A stretch of 64,000 bases of DNA, taken from contig JBILLK010000007.1 of NCBI GenBank assembly GCA_044376115.1, positions 325,743 through 389,742 of the forward strand, written 5' to 3'. Positions within the stretch are counted from its first letter, which is position 1. Every line of letters starts with the position of its first letter. The notes beneath the pieces are model-generated. The model was not told the origin of the DNA. It did not search any database and worked only from the letters and a program-made list of their open reading frames with translations. The position numbers were made by a program, and so were the translations under genes. This document shows, piece by piece, positions 45,825 through 55,441 of the stretch. Source of the stretch: Polyangiaceae bacterium (GTDB lineage: Bacteria; Myxococcota_A; Polyangia; Polyangiales; Polyangiaceae).

Positions 45825-47263
45825 TGGCGAGCGCGGTAGTCGTCGGCGGTGGTTTGGCTGGGGTCGCAGCAGCCGTACTTCTCGGTGAGCGCGGGATCTC
45901 GACCACGCTGATCGAACAGGAGAACTTTCTTGGTGGCCGCGCAGGAGCCTGGTCTGACACCTTGTCCGACGGCACCAGCTTTCAAATGGAGCGTGGGTTT
46001 CACGCTTTCTTTCGGCAGTATTACAACCTTCGTTCACTGCTCAAACGCGTTGATCCGGCGCTGCGAATGTTGCGGCCGGTCAGCGATTATCCGCTGCTCT
46101 CACCTTCTGGGGAGATGGAGTCGTTTGCTCGCTTACCGAAGCGATCGCCGTTCAATGTGATGGAGCTCGTAAGGCGATCGAAGACCATTCGGCTGCTCGA
46201 CTTTCGTCACGTGAATCTTGCGCGTGCGCGCGAGATGTTGGCCTTCGACGCGACGCGAACCTACGGCGCCTTCGACACCATGAGCGCCAAGTCCTTCTTG
46301 GACGGCCTCAACTTCCCCGAGGACGCACGGCGCGTATTGTTCGATGTCTTCGCGCACTCCTTCTTCAACCCCGAAGAGCACTACTCAGCCGCCGAACTCT
46401 TGGCGATGTTTCACTACTACTTCACGCAGAACCCCGAGGGGCTGCTCTTCGACGTAATGAACGCGCCCTTCAGCACGGCCTTTTGGAACCCAATGCTCAA
46501 GTACCTGCACTCGCTCGGGGTCAGCGTGCAGCTGGGCACGTCGGTGCTCGAGGTCGCACGTAGCGACGGCAGTTTTCGCGTGAGAGCGACTCGCGACGAT
46601 CGTCCGCTCACCTTCGAGGCAAGCGCGGTCGTATTGGCGACGTCCGTGCCCGGACTCAAGAAGGTGGTTGAGCGCTCGGAGGGCCTGGCTGCGCTGCGGC
46701 CGAGCATCAACTCGCTCGACGTCACCTCGCCGTTCGCGGTGCAGCGTCTGTGGCTGGACCGAAAGTGTTGGAGCTATCGCCCAGCGTTCGCGGGCACGAC
46801 CGGCTTCGAGGGGCTCGACAATATCTCGCTCTATGAGCAGCTGGAGAGCGAGAGCCGCGTCTGGTCAGAGCGCACCGGGGGCAGCGTAGTGGAGCTTCAT
46901 GCTTACGCACTCCCTGGAGGAAGCGACGAAGAAACCGTGAAGCGACGGTTCCTCGAAGGGCTCCACACGTTTTATCCGGAAACCAAGGACGCGAAGATCA
47001 TCGAGCAACGTTTCCTGATGCGACAGGACTGCCCGTCGTTCGCTCCGGGCTCCTTCGCCACTCGGCCGACGGTCACAACCTCGATTGAGAACCTCGTTCT
47101 GGCCGGGGATTACGTGAAGCTGCCGTTCCCCTCGGCGTTGATGGAGCGCGCAACGTCCTCCGGCTTCATCGCCGCCAATCACCTTCTGCAGCGGTTCTCG
47201 CGCCCGAGCGAGCCGGTGCGGCACGGCCCTCTCAAGGGCGTGTTTGCGGCGCTCGCCTCGTAA
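45821..47263 (+). CDS. crtU: CrtU-like carotenoid phi-ring synthase (isorenieratene/chlorobactene synthase), FAD-dependent
   Basis: GGGLAG, MERGFHAFFRQYYNLR, FAHSFF, SVVELHAY, ALMERA.SSG; lies in the crt cluster. Confidence 0.78.
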   Translation: MMASAVVVGGGLAGVAAAVLLGERGISTTLIEQENFLGGRAGAWSDTLSDGTSFQMERGFHAFFRQYYNLRSLLKRVDPALRMLRPVSDYPLLSPSGEMESFARLPKRSPFNVMELVRRSKTIRLLDFRHVNLARAREMLAFDATRTYGAFDTMSAKSFLDGLNFPEDARRVLFDVFAHSFFNPEEHYSAAELLAMFHYYFTQNPEGLLFDVMNAPFSTAFWNPMLKYLHSLGVSVQLGTSVLEVARSDGSFRVRATRDDRPLTFEASAVVLATSVPGLKKVVERSEGLAALRPSINSLDVTSPFAVQRLWLDRKCWSYRPAFAGTTGFEGLDNISLYEQLESESRVWSERTGGSVVELHAYALPGGSDEETVKRRFLEGLHTFYPETKDAKIIEQRFLMRQDCPSFAPGSFATRPTVTTSIENLVLAGDYVKLPFPSALMERATSSGFIAANHLLQRFSRPSEPVRHGPLKGVFAALAS

Positions 47264-47282
47264 CGCTCGCACGACAAATGCA

Positions 47283-47317
47283 AAACGCCCGAACCTTCGA
47301 TGAAGGTCCGGGCGTTT
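47283..47317. terminator. Intrinsic terminator hairpin between convergent crtU and ahcY
   Basis: AAACGCCCGAACCTTC-GAT-GAAGGTCCGGGCGTTT, 16-bp stem with one mismatch and A/T tracts on both sides. Confidence 0.85.
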
Positions 47318-47332
47318 CGCTTTCGCTTTCCC

Positions 47333-48639
<1,307 letters not shown>

Positions 48640-48643
<4 letters not shown>

Positions 48644-49671
48644 GATGTCGATCCTCTTTGTTGGTCTGATGCGAGCGGTCTGGTCGCTGAAAGCAGCGTC
48701 CAGGGAACATGGCTGTCTGGCCCCTCAGTGAGGCCGTTGGGAGCGAACTCGCGCACCTGCGCGCCTTGCAGGCCGGCACATTCGGCGAAATCCACAAGCT
48801 CCTCATTCGAGAAACCCATCCACACGTCGGCCTCTTCGGCTGACAACATCGACTCGTCGTGGGGGGCGTAGTCAATCACCAGCAGGGTTCCACCGGGGCG
48901 GAGAAGCGCCGCCAAGGCGGCCACCGAGCGCTTCGGAATGGCGGCGTGGTGGAGCACGCGCGACGCGATCACGATGTCTGCACCGGCGTTGGTTCGGCGC
49001 GTGACGGCCTCTCGAACGGAGCTGCTCTCGAGCTCTCCCACCTCGAAGCTGACGTTGTGAAGCGATTGCCGAGCCACCCGCGCACGTGCGAGGGAAAGCC
49101 GCTCCGGGGAGCGGTCCACTGCGAGCACCTCGTCGTAAAGTGGCGCCAGCATCTCGAGCAAAAGGCCGTCTCCAGTGCCGGCGTCCACCGCCAACCGATG
49201 CCGGGACAGCAGCGGCCCTAGACCCGCCAGGCAAACCGCCGCCTCACGCGGTAGCAGCGAACCTTTGGACGGGCGCGCTGTGCGTGAGAAGAACTCGCGC
49301 GACTTCTCGTCTCGTGAGCGCACGACGGCACGCGCCCGTTCCAGCAAGCCGTCGCGTTGGGCGATGCCGCGGCCAACCGCCAGCGCATCAAGTACAACGG
49401 CGTCCTTGGTGGCCTCCGGCGCGAGGGTCAGCAACACCCACGAGCCCTGCTTGCGCGCCGTGACGATACCAGCGTCCCTCAACTGAGCCGCGTGTCGCGA
49501 GACCTTGGGTTGCCCCTCACGCAGGATGTCAGCCAGCTCCCCAACCGCGAGCTCCTCTTCTTCCACCAGCGCGAGCAGCGCGAGCCGTACCGGATCGGCC
49601 AGCAGCCTGTAGAGCTCCCAACGGGCGCCGGGCTGCGATTGGACGGGGTCTAGCTCGCTCACTCCGAACAC
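48640..49671 (-). CDS. sahR: ArsR-HTH plus SAM-binding methyltransferase-like regulator (SahR-type)
   Basis: [35 protein letters not shown]. Coupled upstream of ahcY, the usual SahR context. Confidence 0.85.
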
Positions 49672-49699
49672 ATTTGCACAGATGCGAAAGACTGCAAAT
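49672..49699. promoter_or_regulatory. Inverted repeat at the sahR start, candidate autoregulatory operator
   Basis: ATTTGCA-N14-TGCAAAT. Confidence 0.45.
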
Positions 49700-49730
49700 C
49701 ATTTCTTTCGTGCTGTTTAAGTGGTGTTCC

Positions 49731-49774
49731 TTGACAGAGTGTAATTGGGACACCATATGGTGTTCATATGACAC
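49731..49774 (+). promoter_or_regulatory. Promoter with two NrtR-like GTGT-N7-ACAC boxes
   Basis: TTGACA at 49731. GTGTaattgggACAC at 49739-49753 and GTGTtcatatgACAC at 49760-49774, 21 bp apart. TATGGT at 49756-61 lies 6 nt before ATG 49768. Confidence 0.65.
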
Positions 49775-50448
49775 TTTGGTCGGTGGGTTGGGGGCAGCAG
49801 ATCGGTACGGACCACGTCGAACGAGGGTGCAACCGTCAGGATGCTGCGTGGGCAGCGTGCTTTGAAGGCGGCGCATTTGGGGTCGTGTCGGACGGCTGTG
49901 GTGAAGGGTCGGCGAGCGAAGTTGGTGCCTTGTTGAGCGTGCGAACCGCTGCTCGCGCGCTCGCTGAGCTCGCGCCGTCGGTGGAGCTCGCGCAGCTCCC
50001 TCAGCTCGTTAACGCACAGGTTGTGCAAGCGCTGGAGGCGGTGGTCCAGGCGGTGCGACCGCCTGAAGTCGAGGCCTTCGTCGCTGAGGTGTTGTGCGCG
50101 ACGCTGCTCGGGTTTGTCGTGCGTGGCAGCGAGGCCGTGTTGTTCGCGTATGGCGACGGGCTGTTCGTGATCGACGGTGTGGTTGAGAGCATCTCAGCCA
50201 ACAACCGTCCCAGTTACCCGGCTTACGCGCTGCTTGGTGGTCAGGCGGATTTGCACGCTCGCCTCTGTTCGAGTCCGCGCAATCTTGCGGTCGCCAGCGA
50301 CGGCGTCGACCCTCGCTTCTTCGAGCGAATCGAGCGTTTGCGTGGGCGGCTACTCACGCGCCACTTGGTGCTGGCGGCGCGGCAAGGGCAGCTGACCGAC
50401 GACGGCGCGATCGCGGTGGCTCAGCTGCGCGCGGGAGCTGACTCGTGA
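49768..50448 (+). CDS. PP2C-family protein phosphatase (TerY-P/YegK-like)
   Basis: IGTDH..RQDA, VVSDGCG, ATLL, GDG, ASDG, DD. Confidence 0.88.
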   Translation: MTLWSVGWGQQIGTDHVERGCNRQDAAWAACFEGGAFGVVSDGCGEGSASEVGALLSVRTAARALAELAPSVELAQLPQLVNAQVVQALEAVVQAVRPPEVEAFVAEVLCATLLGFVVRGSEAVLFAYGDGLFVIDGVVESISANNRPSYPAYALLGGQADLHARLCSSPRNLAVASDGVDPRFFERIERLRGRLLTRHLVLAARQGQLTDDGAIAVAQLRAGADS

Positions 50449-52301
50449 ACGCGCCCGTTGCTTGGTCACCCTCGCGAGCCGTGCGCATCGGTTCGGAGCG
50501 CGTCTTTCTAGATCCTCAGCGGCTGCTTGGTGAGGGTGGGGAAGCGGTGGTGCTCGCGCACAGCTCGGCGGGCCAGGAACTCGCGGTCAAGCTGTACAAA
50601 GAACCGAGCGATTCGAAGCGCGCCAAGGTTGAGCATCTCGCGGCGTTCGCGCAAGCGCTGCCCTTCGCAAAGCTTCCGCGCGCCACTGTCATCGATGATC
50701 GCAGCTCGAGCTTTCTCGGCTTTGTCATGCTCGCGACGCAGAAGGGAGCAGAGCCGTGGTCGGTTCTTTCGCGCGCCGACTACCGCGCAAAAATTGGGCT
50801 GGGCCGGTTGCTGGCTGCGCATCTCGAGCTTGGGCGGCGTTTGTCCGAGCTTCACTCGCAAGCCGTCGTTGTCGGCGATCTGAACGACCAGAACCAGCTC
50901 TATTGCGCCAAGACGGGGGCGGTCGAGTTCATCGACGCAGACTCCTTCCAAGTGGACGGCTTTGCCTGCGACGTAACGTCCGCGGTGACCCTCGATCCGC
51001 TGCTGTTTGGCCCTGCGCTAGACGAACCGTGGCTTACGGCAGACGGCCTGCCGCGCTGGTTCTCGCGCGGGTCGGATTGGTATGCGTTCAACGTCCTTTT
51101 GTTTCGCTGCCTGGTCGGCATCCATCCGTACGGTGGCCTGCTCGAGGCGGAGGGCAGCCTGGTGCGCCGAGCGCGCGCGCGTACCTCTGTGTTCGCGGCG
51201 AAGGTCGTGATGCCAGCCAAGGTGCGACGCCGACTCGAAGCGCTCCCAGCGTCGCTGCTCGCCTGGTTCGAACGCGTGTTTTGTGCCGATGAACGCCGAC
51301 CATTTCCGCTCGCTGAACTCGAGCGCGCAGTCGCAGAACTAAGGCTTTGCGAATGTGGCGAGCCGACCTTCTTCGAGGGAGGTTGCGCCGCGTGCAAGCC
51401 GCTCGTGCAGCAGGTCGCTGCAGGCGAGCTCAACGTACGCGAATGGTGCCCGCGCTCCGCGACGGCTCGCATCGTGGAGGCGCGCGTCGTCGCCGACCAG
51501 GTGTTGCTTGCGGTCTTGGACGCGGGCCGTCTTTTCACGGTGACGCTCGACTCGCAGCTCGAGCCGATCTCCGAGCAAGACCTAGGCGCCTGTAGCGACG
51601 CGGTCATTGGGCTCAACGCCGAGCACGTGCTCACGCATAGCGGCGAGCAGCTGGCGCTGATTGATCGACGCACCGGGGAGCGTACGCCGAGCTCTGCCGA
51701 AGAGGCGTTCGGGCGCCCCGCCTGCGTGCTCTTGGAGCACGGCCTCGCGCGCATCATCCGTGGCTCGGTGCTGCTGCCGCGTGGGGCAGGGGAGCGTGTG
51801 GTCGCGACGGTGGTACGCAATCAGTCGAGGATCGACGGGGCGCACGGAACGCTGCTGCTCTCCACGCACGTCTTCGGCGCCAGACGCTACCAAATCGTGA
51901 ACGGAGGAGGGACGACGGAGCTCGCTGCTCCGGCGCTTGCGGCAGGAGAGGTCGTGCTCGAGGAGTGTGCGCTCTTCGACGGCTCCACGCCGATGGTGCT
52001 TCGTCGCACGCAGCATCGGTGTGAGGAGAAGCTGACGGCGATCTCGCGTGAAGGCACGCTCTGTGTCGCGTCGCCGCCGCTTCCTTCGTTCACTCTCCGC
52101 GGTGCGCTGCTCCGCGGAACGGCGCTGTTGCTGGCGTCCGATGCTGGCCTCTGCCGGGTCGAGCTGCTCCACGGTCGTTCGAGAATTTTTTCTGACAGCG
52201 AGCCCTTCGTGCGCGGAGGGGATCGTCTGCTTGCGGTTGATAGCGCGCTGGTTGTCGTTTCGGGAAGCCGCCTGGTGCGACTCGAACGGCGTTCTTTCTA
52301 G
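50445..52301 (+). CDS. YegI/TerY-P-type Ser/Thr kinase with Cys4 ribbon and beta-rich C-terminal region
   Basis: LGEGGEA, AVKLY, VVGDLNDQN, FIDADSFQ, SDWYAF..GIHPY, CECG..CAAC. Confidence 0.85.
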   Translation: MNAPVAWSPSRAVRIGSERVFLDPQRLLGEGGEAVVLAHSSAGQELAVKLYKEPSDSKRAKVEHLAAFAQALPFAKLPRATVIDDRSSSFLGFVMLATQKGAEPWSVLSRADYRAKIGLGRLLAAHLELGRRLSELHSQAVVVGDLNDQNQLYCAKTGAVEFIDADSFQVDGFACDVTSAVTLDPLLFGPALDEPWLTADGLPRWFSRGSDWYAFNVLLFRCLVGIHPYGGLLEAEGSLVRRARARTSVFAAKVVMPAKVRRRLEALPASLLAWFERVFCADERRPFPLAELERAVAELRLCECGEPTFFEGGCAACKPLVQQVAAGELNVREWCPRSATARIVEARVVADQVLLAVLDAGRLFTVTLDSQLEPISEQDLGACSDAVIGLNAEHVLTHSGEQLALIDRRTGERTPSSAEEAFGRPACVLLEHGLARIIRGSVLLPRGAGERVVATVVRNQSRIDGAHGTLLLSTHVFGARRYQIVNGGGTTELAAPALAAGEVVLEECALFDGSTPMVLRRTQHRCEEKLTAISREGTLCVASPPLPSFTLRGALLRGTALLLASDAGLCRVELLHGRSRIFSDSEPFVRGGDRLLAVDSALVVVSGSRLVRLERRSF

Positions 52302-52313
52302 GAGATCCGTCAG

Positions 52314-53243
52314 ATGAAATCGTTCTTTCCCAAACACTACGAAGCGAAGAAGGTCGGCACGCTCTATCAGCCGGACTTGGGCGCGGTTGCGCGCGAAGCG
52401 GAGCATGCGGGTTGCGCGCCGGCCGTTCACGACAAGCAGCCTTACGCCTTGTTGCTCGTCGACTTTCAGGTCGACTTTTGTCACCCGAGCGGTTCGCTGT
52501 TCGTCCCGGGCGCCGTCGAGGACCTGCAACGTACGATCGAGTTCGTCTATCGCAATGTCGACAAACTCAAGACGATCGTACTCAGCCTCGATAGCCACCT
52601 GACGTACCAAATCTTCTACCCGACCTGGTGGATCGACGAGCAAGGGCACCACCCGAATCCGTTCACCGTGATCGATTCGGAGTCGATTCGAAAGGGCAAG
52701 TACCGGCCGGTGCGCGAGGTGAGTTGGTCGCTCGACTACGTGAGCCAACTCGAGCAGAAGGCCAAGAAGGCGCTCTACCTATGGCCCTATCACACGATGA
52801 TCGGGGGCATCGGGCAGGCGCTCGATCCGGCGCTGTTCGAGGCCGTTCACTACCACGCGGTCGCGCGACGTTCACAGCCCGTCTTCCTGCAGAAGGGCAT
52901 GATCCCAACGACCGAACACTACTCACCGTTCGAGCCCGAGGTGAAGGTCGCGAGCCATCCGCACGGCGCGCTCAACACCACGCTGCTTCGCATGTTGGAG
53001 ACGCACGAGCGGATCTACGTGGCGGGGGAGGCCAAGAGTCACTGCGTGTTGGAGGCCTGTGCCTCGATGGTTCGGCATTTTCAGACCACGCCGGAGGTGA
53101 TTGAGCGGATTCACTTCCTCTCCGACTGCACCAGCAGCGTGGTGGCACCAGGGGTCGACTTCGACGCGTTGGCCGAGCGTGAATTGGCGGGATTTCGAGG
53201 CAAAGGCATGCAGTTCGTCAAGAGCTCGGCCGCGCTCGCGTGA
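52314..53243 (+). CDS. Long-form nicotinamidase/isochorismatase-family cysteine hydrolase
   Basis: LLVDFQVDFC..GSLFVPGA, SLDSH, WPYH, QKG, AGEAKSHCV; D-K-C triad intact. Confidence 0.87.
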   Translation: MKSFFPKHYEAKKVGTLYQPDLGAVAREAEHAGCAPAVHDKQPYALLLVDFQVDFCHPSGSLFVPGAVEDLQRTIEFVYRNVDKLKTIVLSLDSHLTYQIFYPTWWIDEQGHHPNPFTVIDSESIRKGKYRPVREVSWSLDYVSQLEQKAKKALYLWPYHTMIGGIGQALDPALFEAVHYHAVARRSQPVFLQKGMIPTTEHYSPFEPEVKVASHPHGALNTTLLRMLETHERIYVAGEAKSHCVLEACASMVRHFQTTPEVIERIHFLSDCTSSVVAPGVDFDALAERELAGFRGKGMQFVKSSAALA

Positions 53244-53273
53244 ACATTCTGGATCGCAATCAAGGAGCTAGCC

Positions 53274-54038
53274 ATGAGCAATACGAACGCAGTCAACGCC
53301 ACAGAAGCTGAACGAAACTTGCGCGCAGCCGGTCTTTCGAGCGCAGCCTTGGACGTGATGGTGCAAAACCTGGATGAGACGGTACTGATGGGTTGCGTCG
53401 GGCTCGAGGCGGACGCCATCGACAGCGCCGAGGCCACGTTGGTGTCGGTCGTGCTCGATATGTCCGGGTCGATGGATTCGCATCGCGTGGCGGTGGTCGA
53501 GGCCTACAACGCGATGTTGTCAGCGTTGGTTGCGGCCAAGGCCGCCTCGTCCATCCTCGTGTCCACTTGGGTCTTCAATGACGCTCCTCAACTGCTCTCG
53601 AGCTATGAGACGGTCGATAAGAAGCCCCGCCTAGCGAAGGCGGTTTACTCTCCGGGTGGAGGTACGGCGCTCTATGACGCAACGTTGCACGCGCTCACCG
53701 GCCTGGTTGCCTACGGTCAGGAGCTTTGGGATCAGGGCATCCCGACCCGACGGGTGCTGTTCGTCCTCTCCGACGGCGACGACAACAGCTCGAAGGCGAA
53801 GGCGCTCGAGGTGCGCACGCTCGCCGAGTCGGTGTTGCGTCAGGAACGTACGACCTTGGCTTACGCGGGCTTCGGTACGACCGATCCCCTCGCCCAGGCG
53901 GCGCTGCTCGGTTTCCCCGATGTGGTCAGCACCGCGGCCTCGGAGGCTGAGCTCAGGCGCATCTTCCGCCAGGTGAGTCAGAGCGTGCTGCGCCTGAGCC
54001 AAGGGGTGAAACGCCCTTCCGCTGGCGGCTTCTTCTGA
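53274..54038 (+). CDS. von Willebrand factor A domain protein
   Basis: MIDAS motif VLDMSGSM..GTALYDA..LSDGDDN; AAGGAG RBS. Confidence 0.9.
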   Translation: MSNTNAVNATEAERNLRAAGLSSAALDVMVQNLDETVLMGCVGLEADAIDSAEATLVSVVLDMSGSMDSHRVAVVEAYNAMLSALVAAKAASSILVSTWVFNDAPQLLSSYETVDKKPRLAKAVYSPGGGTALYDATLHALTGLVAYGQELWDQGIPTRRVLFVLSDGDDNSSKAKALEVRTLAESVLRQERTTLAYAGFGTTDPLAQAALLGFPDVVSTAASEAELRRIFRQVSQSVLRLSQGVKRPSAGGFF

Positions 54039-54041
54039 GGC

Positions 54042-55388
54042 TCAGGGCGCGCGATCGATGCGGTAGACCGAGCTGAGGTCGGCGATGTAGAGCTCACCGT
54101 CGTTGTCGTGACCAAACGAGACCACGGTGAGCCCTTGGGAGATCTCCGTGTGGGTGACAAGATCTGTGGCAACGCCGTCCACCACGCGAAAGGACATCAC
54201 TTTGTTTTGGTAGGTGTCGGCGAAGAAGTATCGGCCCCTGAGTTCGGGCAGCGCCTGCCCACGGTAGACGTACCCTCCTGCGACTGAGCCTTGCCCATTC
54301 TCGTGCGGGTACTCGTGAATGGGCGGCGTGGTCCCAGTCGCGTCGCAATCTTGCACGAGGTAGCAATGCGTTCCCTCGAGATCACGCCAACCAAAGTTCA
54401 CGCCCGGCGCATCCGCGGGCAGATAGTCGATCTCCTCCCAGAGGTTCTGCCCCACATCTCCGACGTAGAGATCCCCCGTGCAAAAGTCGAACGAGGCGCG
54501 CCAGGGGTTGCGTAGTCCGATCGAGAATATTTCAGGGACTGCACCGGGATATCCGCCGGCAGGCGCGTAGCCGTTGCCGTTCACGTCGACGTCGAAGCGG
54601 AGAATTTTTCCGAGCCGGCTGTTGACGTTCTGCGCGTAGTTCATCGGATCGCCGCCACTGCCGCCGTCCCCAAGAAAGACGTTGAGCCGCCCATTGCGAT
54701 CGAACGCGATGGTTCCGCCGTTGTGGTTGGAGAACGGCTGGGTCTCCGTGAGGACGACACCCGTAGCGCCGAACGGGCTGGCCTTGTCAGGCGTTTCTCG
54801 AACGAACTCGGACACCGAGGTGTGCCCCGTGACGGCTTGGCTGAAGTGAACGAAGAACCGCCCGTTCTCAGCGTAGTTCGGGTGGAAAGCCATCCCCAAC
54901 ACCCCTCGTTCGCCGCCCCAAATGGCCACCCCAGTAAGGTCCAAGAAGGGCTCGGGTTGCACCTCGCCTGTGAGCAGGTTGAGCACCCTGATCGTTCCGT
55001 AGAGGTTCACGATGAAGAGCCGATCTGGATCACCAGGCGCCGAGAGCACCAAATCCGGCGCCCCGATGTTGTCCGCAGGCGACGCGACCTCGGTGAGCGT
55101 TAGCGCGGGCAACGCGCCGACTGCGGGCTCGCAGTTGAAGTTGGCTCCTCCTCCGCCAACGCCGCCGACGCCTCCAACGCCGCCAGTTCCTCCGTTACCG
55201 CCGGCACTCCCGGTGCCGCCAGCGCCCCCGGTGCCGCTCCCACCGATCGCGACACCGCCAGCACCACCTCCGCCACCGCCAAGACCCCCAGCCCCGGCGC
55301 TTCCGCCGGCGCTCCCGCCTGAATCCCCGCAGGCTACGATCAGCAGGCTTAGCAGGGCAAAGCTCGAGACGGTCGGTCGGTTGGTCAC
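54042..55388 (-). CDS. PQQ-dependent glucose/sorbosone dehydrogenase-family lipoprotein
   Basis: Lipobox IVAC, Gly linker, GERGVLGMAFHP, NHNGG, LGDGG, GLRNPWR.SFD, DVGQ..WEEI. Confidence 0.9.
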   Translation of the reverse strand: MTNRPTVSSFALLSLLIVACGDSGGSAGGSAGAGGLGGGGGGAGGVAIGGSGTGGAGGTGSAGGNGGTGGVGGVGGVGGGGANFNCEPAVGALPALTLTEVASPADNIGAPDLVLSAPGDPDRLFIVNLYGTIRVLNLLTGEVQPEPFLDLTGVAIWGGERGVLGMAFHPNYAENGRFFVHFSQAVTGHTSVSEFVRETPDKASPFGATGVVLTETQPFSNHNGGTIAFDRNGRLNVFLGDGGSGGDPMNYAQNVNSRLGKILRFDVDVNGNGYAPAGGYPGAVPEIFSIGLRNPWRASFDFCTGDLYVGDVGQNLWEEIDYLPADAPGVNFGWRDLEGTHCYLVQDCDATGTTPPIHEYPHENGQGSVAGGYVYRGQALPELRGRYFFADTYQNKVMSFRVVDGVATDLVTHTEISQGLTVVSFGHDNDGELYIADLSSVYRIDRAP

Positions 55389-55441
55389 TGTTGCAAATCT
55401 CCCGCACCCTGCGATTTTGAACCTCCAATCCCCCGACCGAA

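Noticed and set aside
51582..52748. 388-aa minus-strand ORF (and similar long antisense ORFs such as 58611-59714)
   Set aside because: Antisense shadows of well-supported plus-strand genes.
55150..55325. Gly-rich repetitive DNA (also about 14310-14480, 30585-30700, 40120-40260)
   Set aside because: Ordinary flexible linkers following myxobacterial lipoprotein signal peptides.
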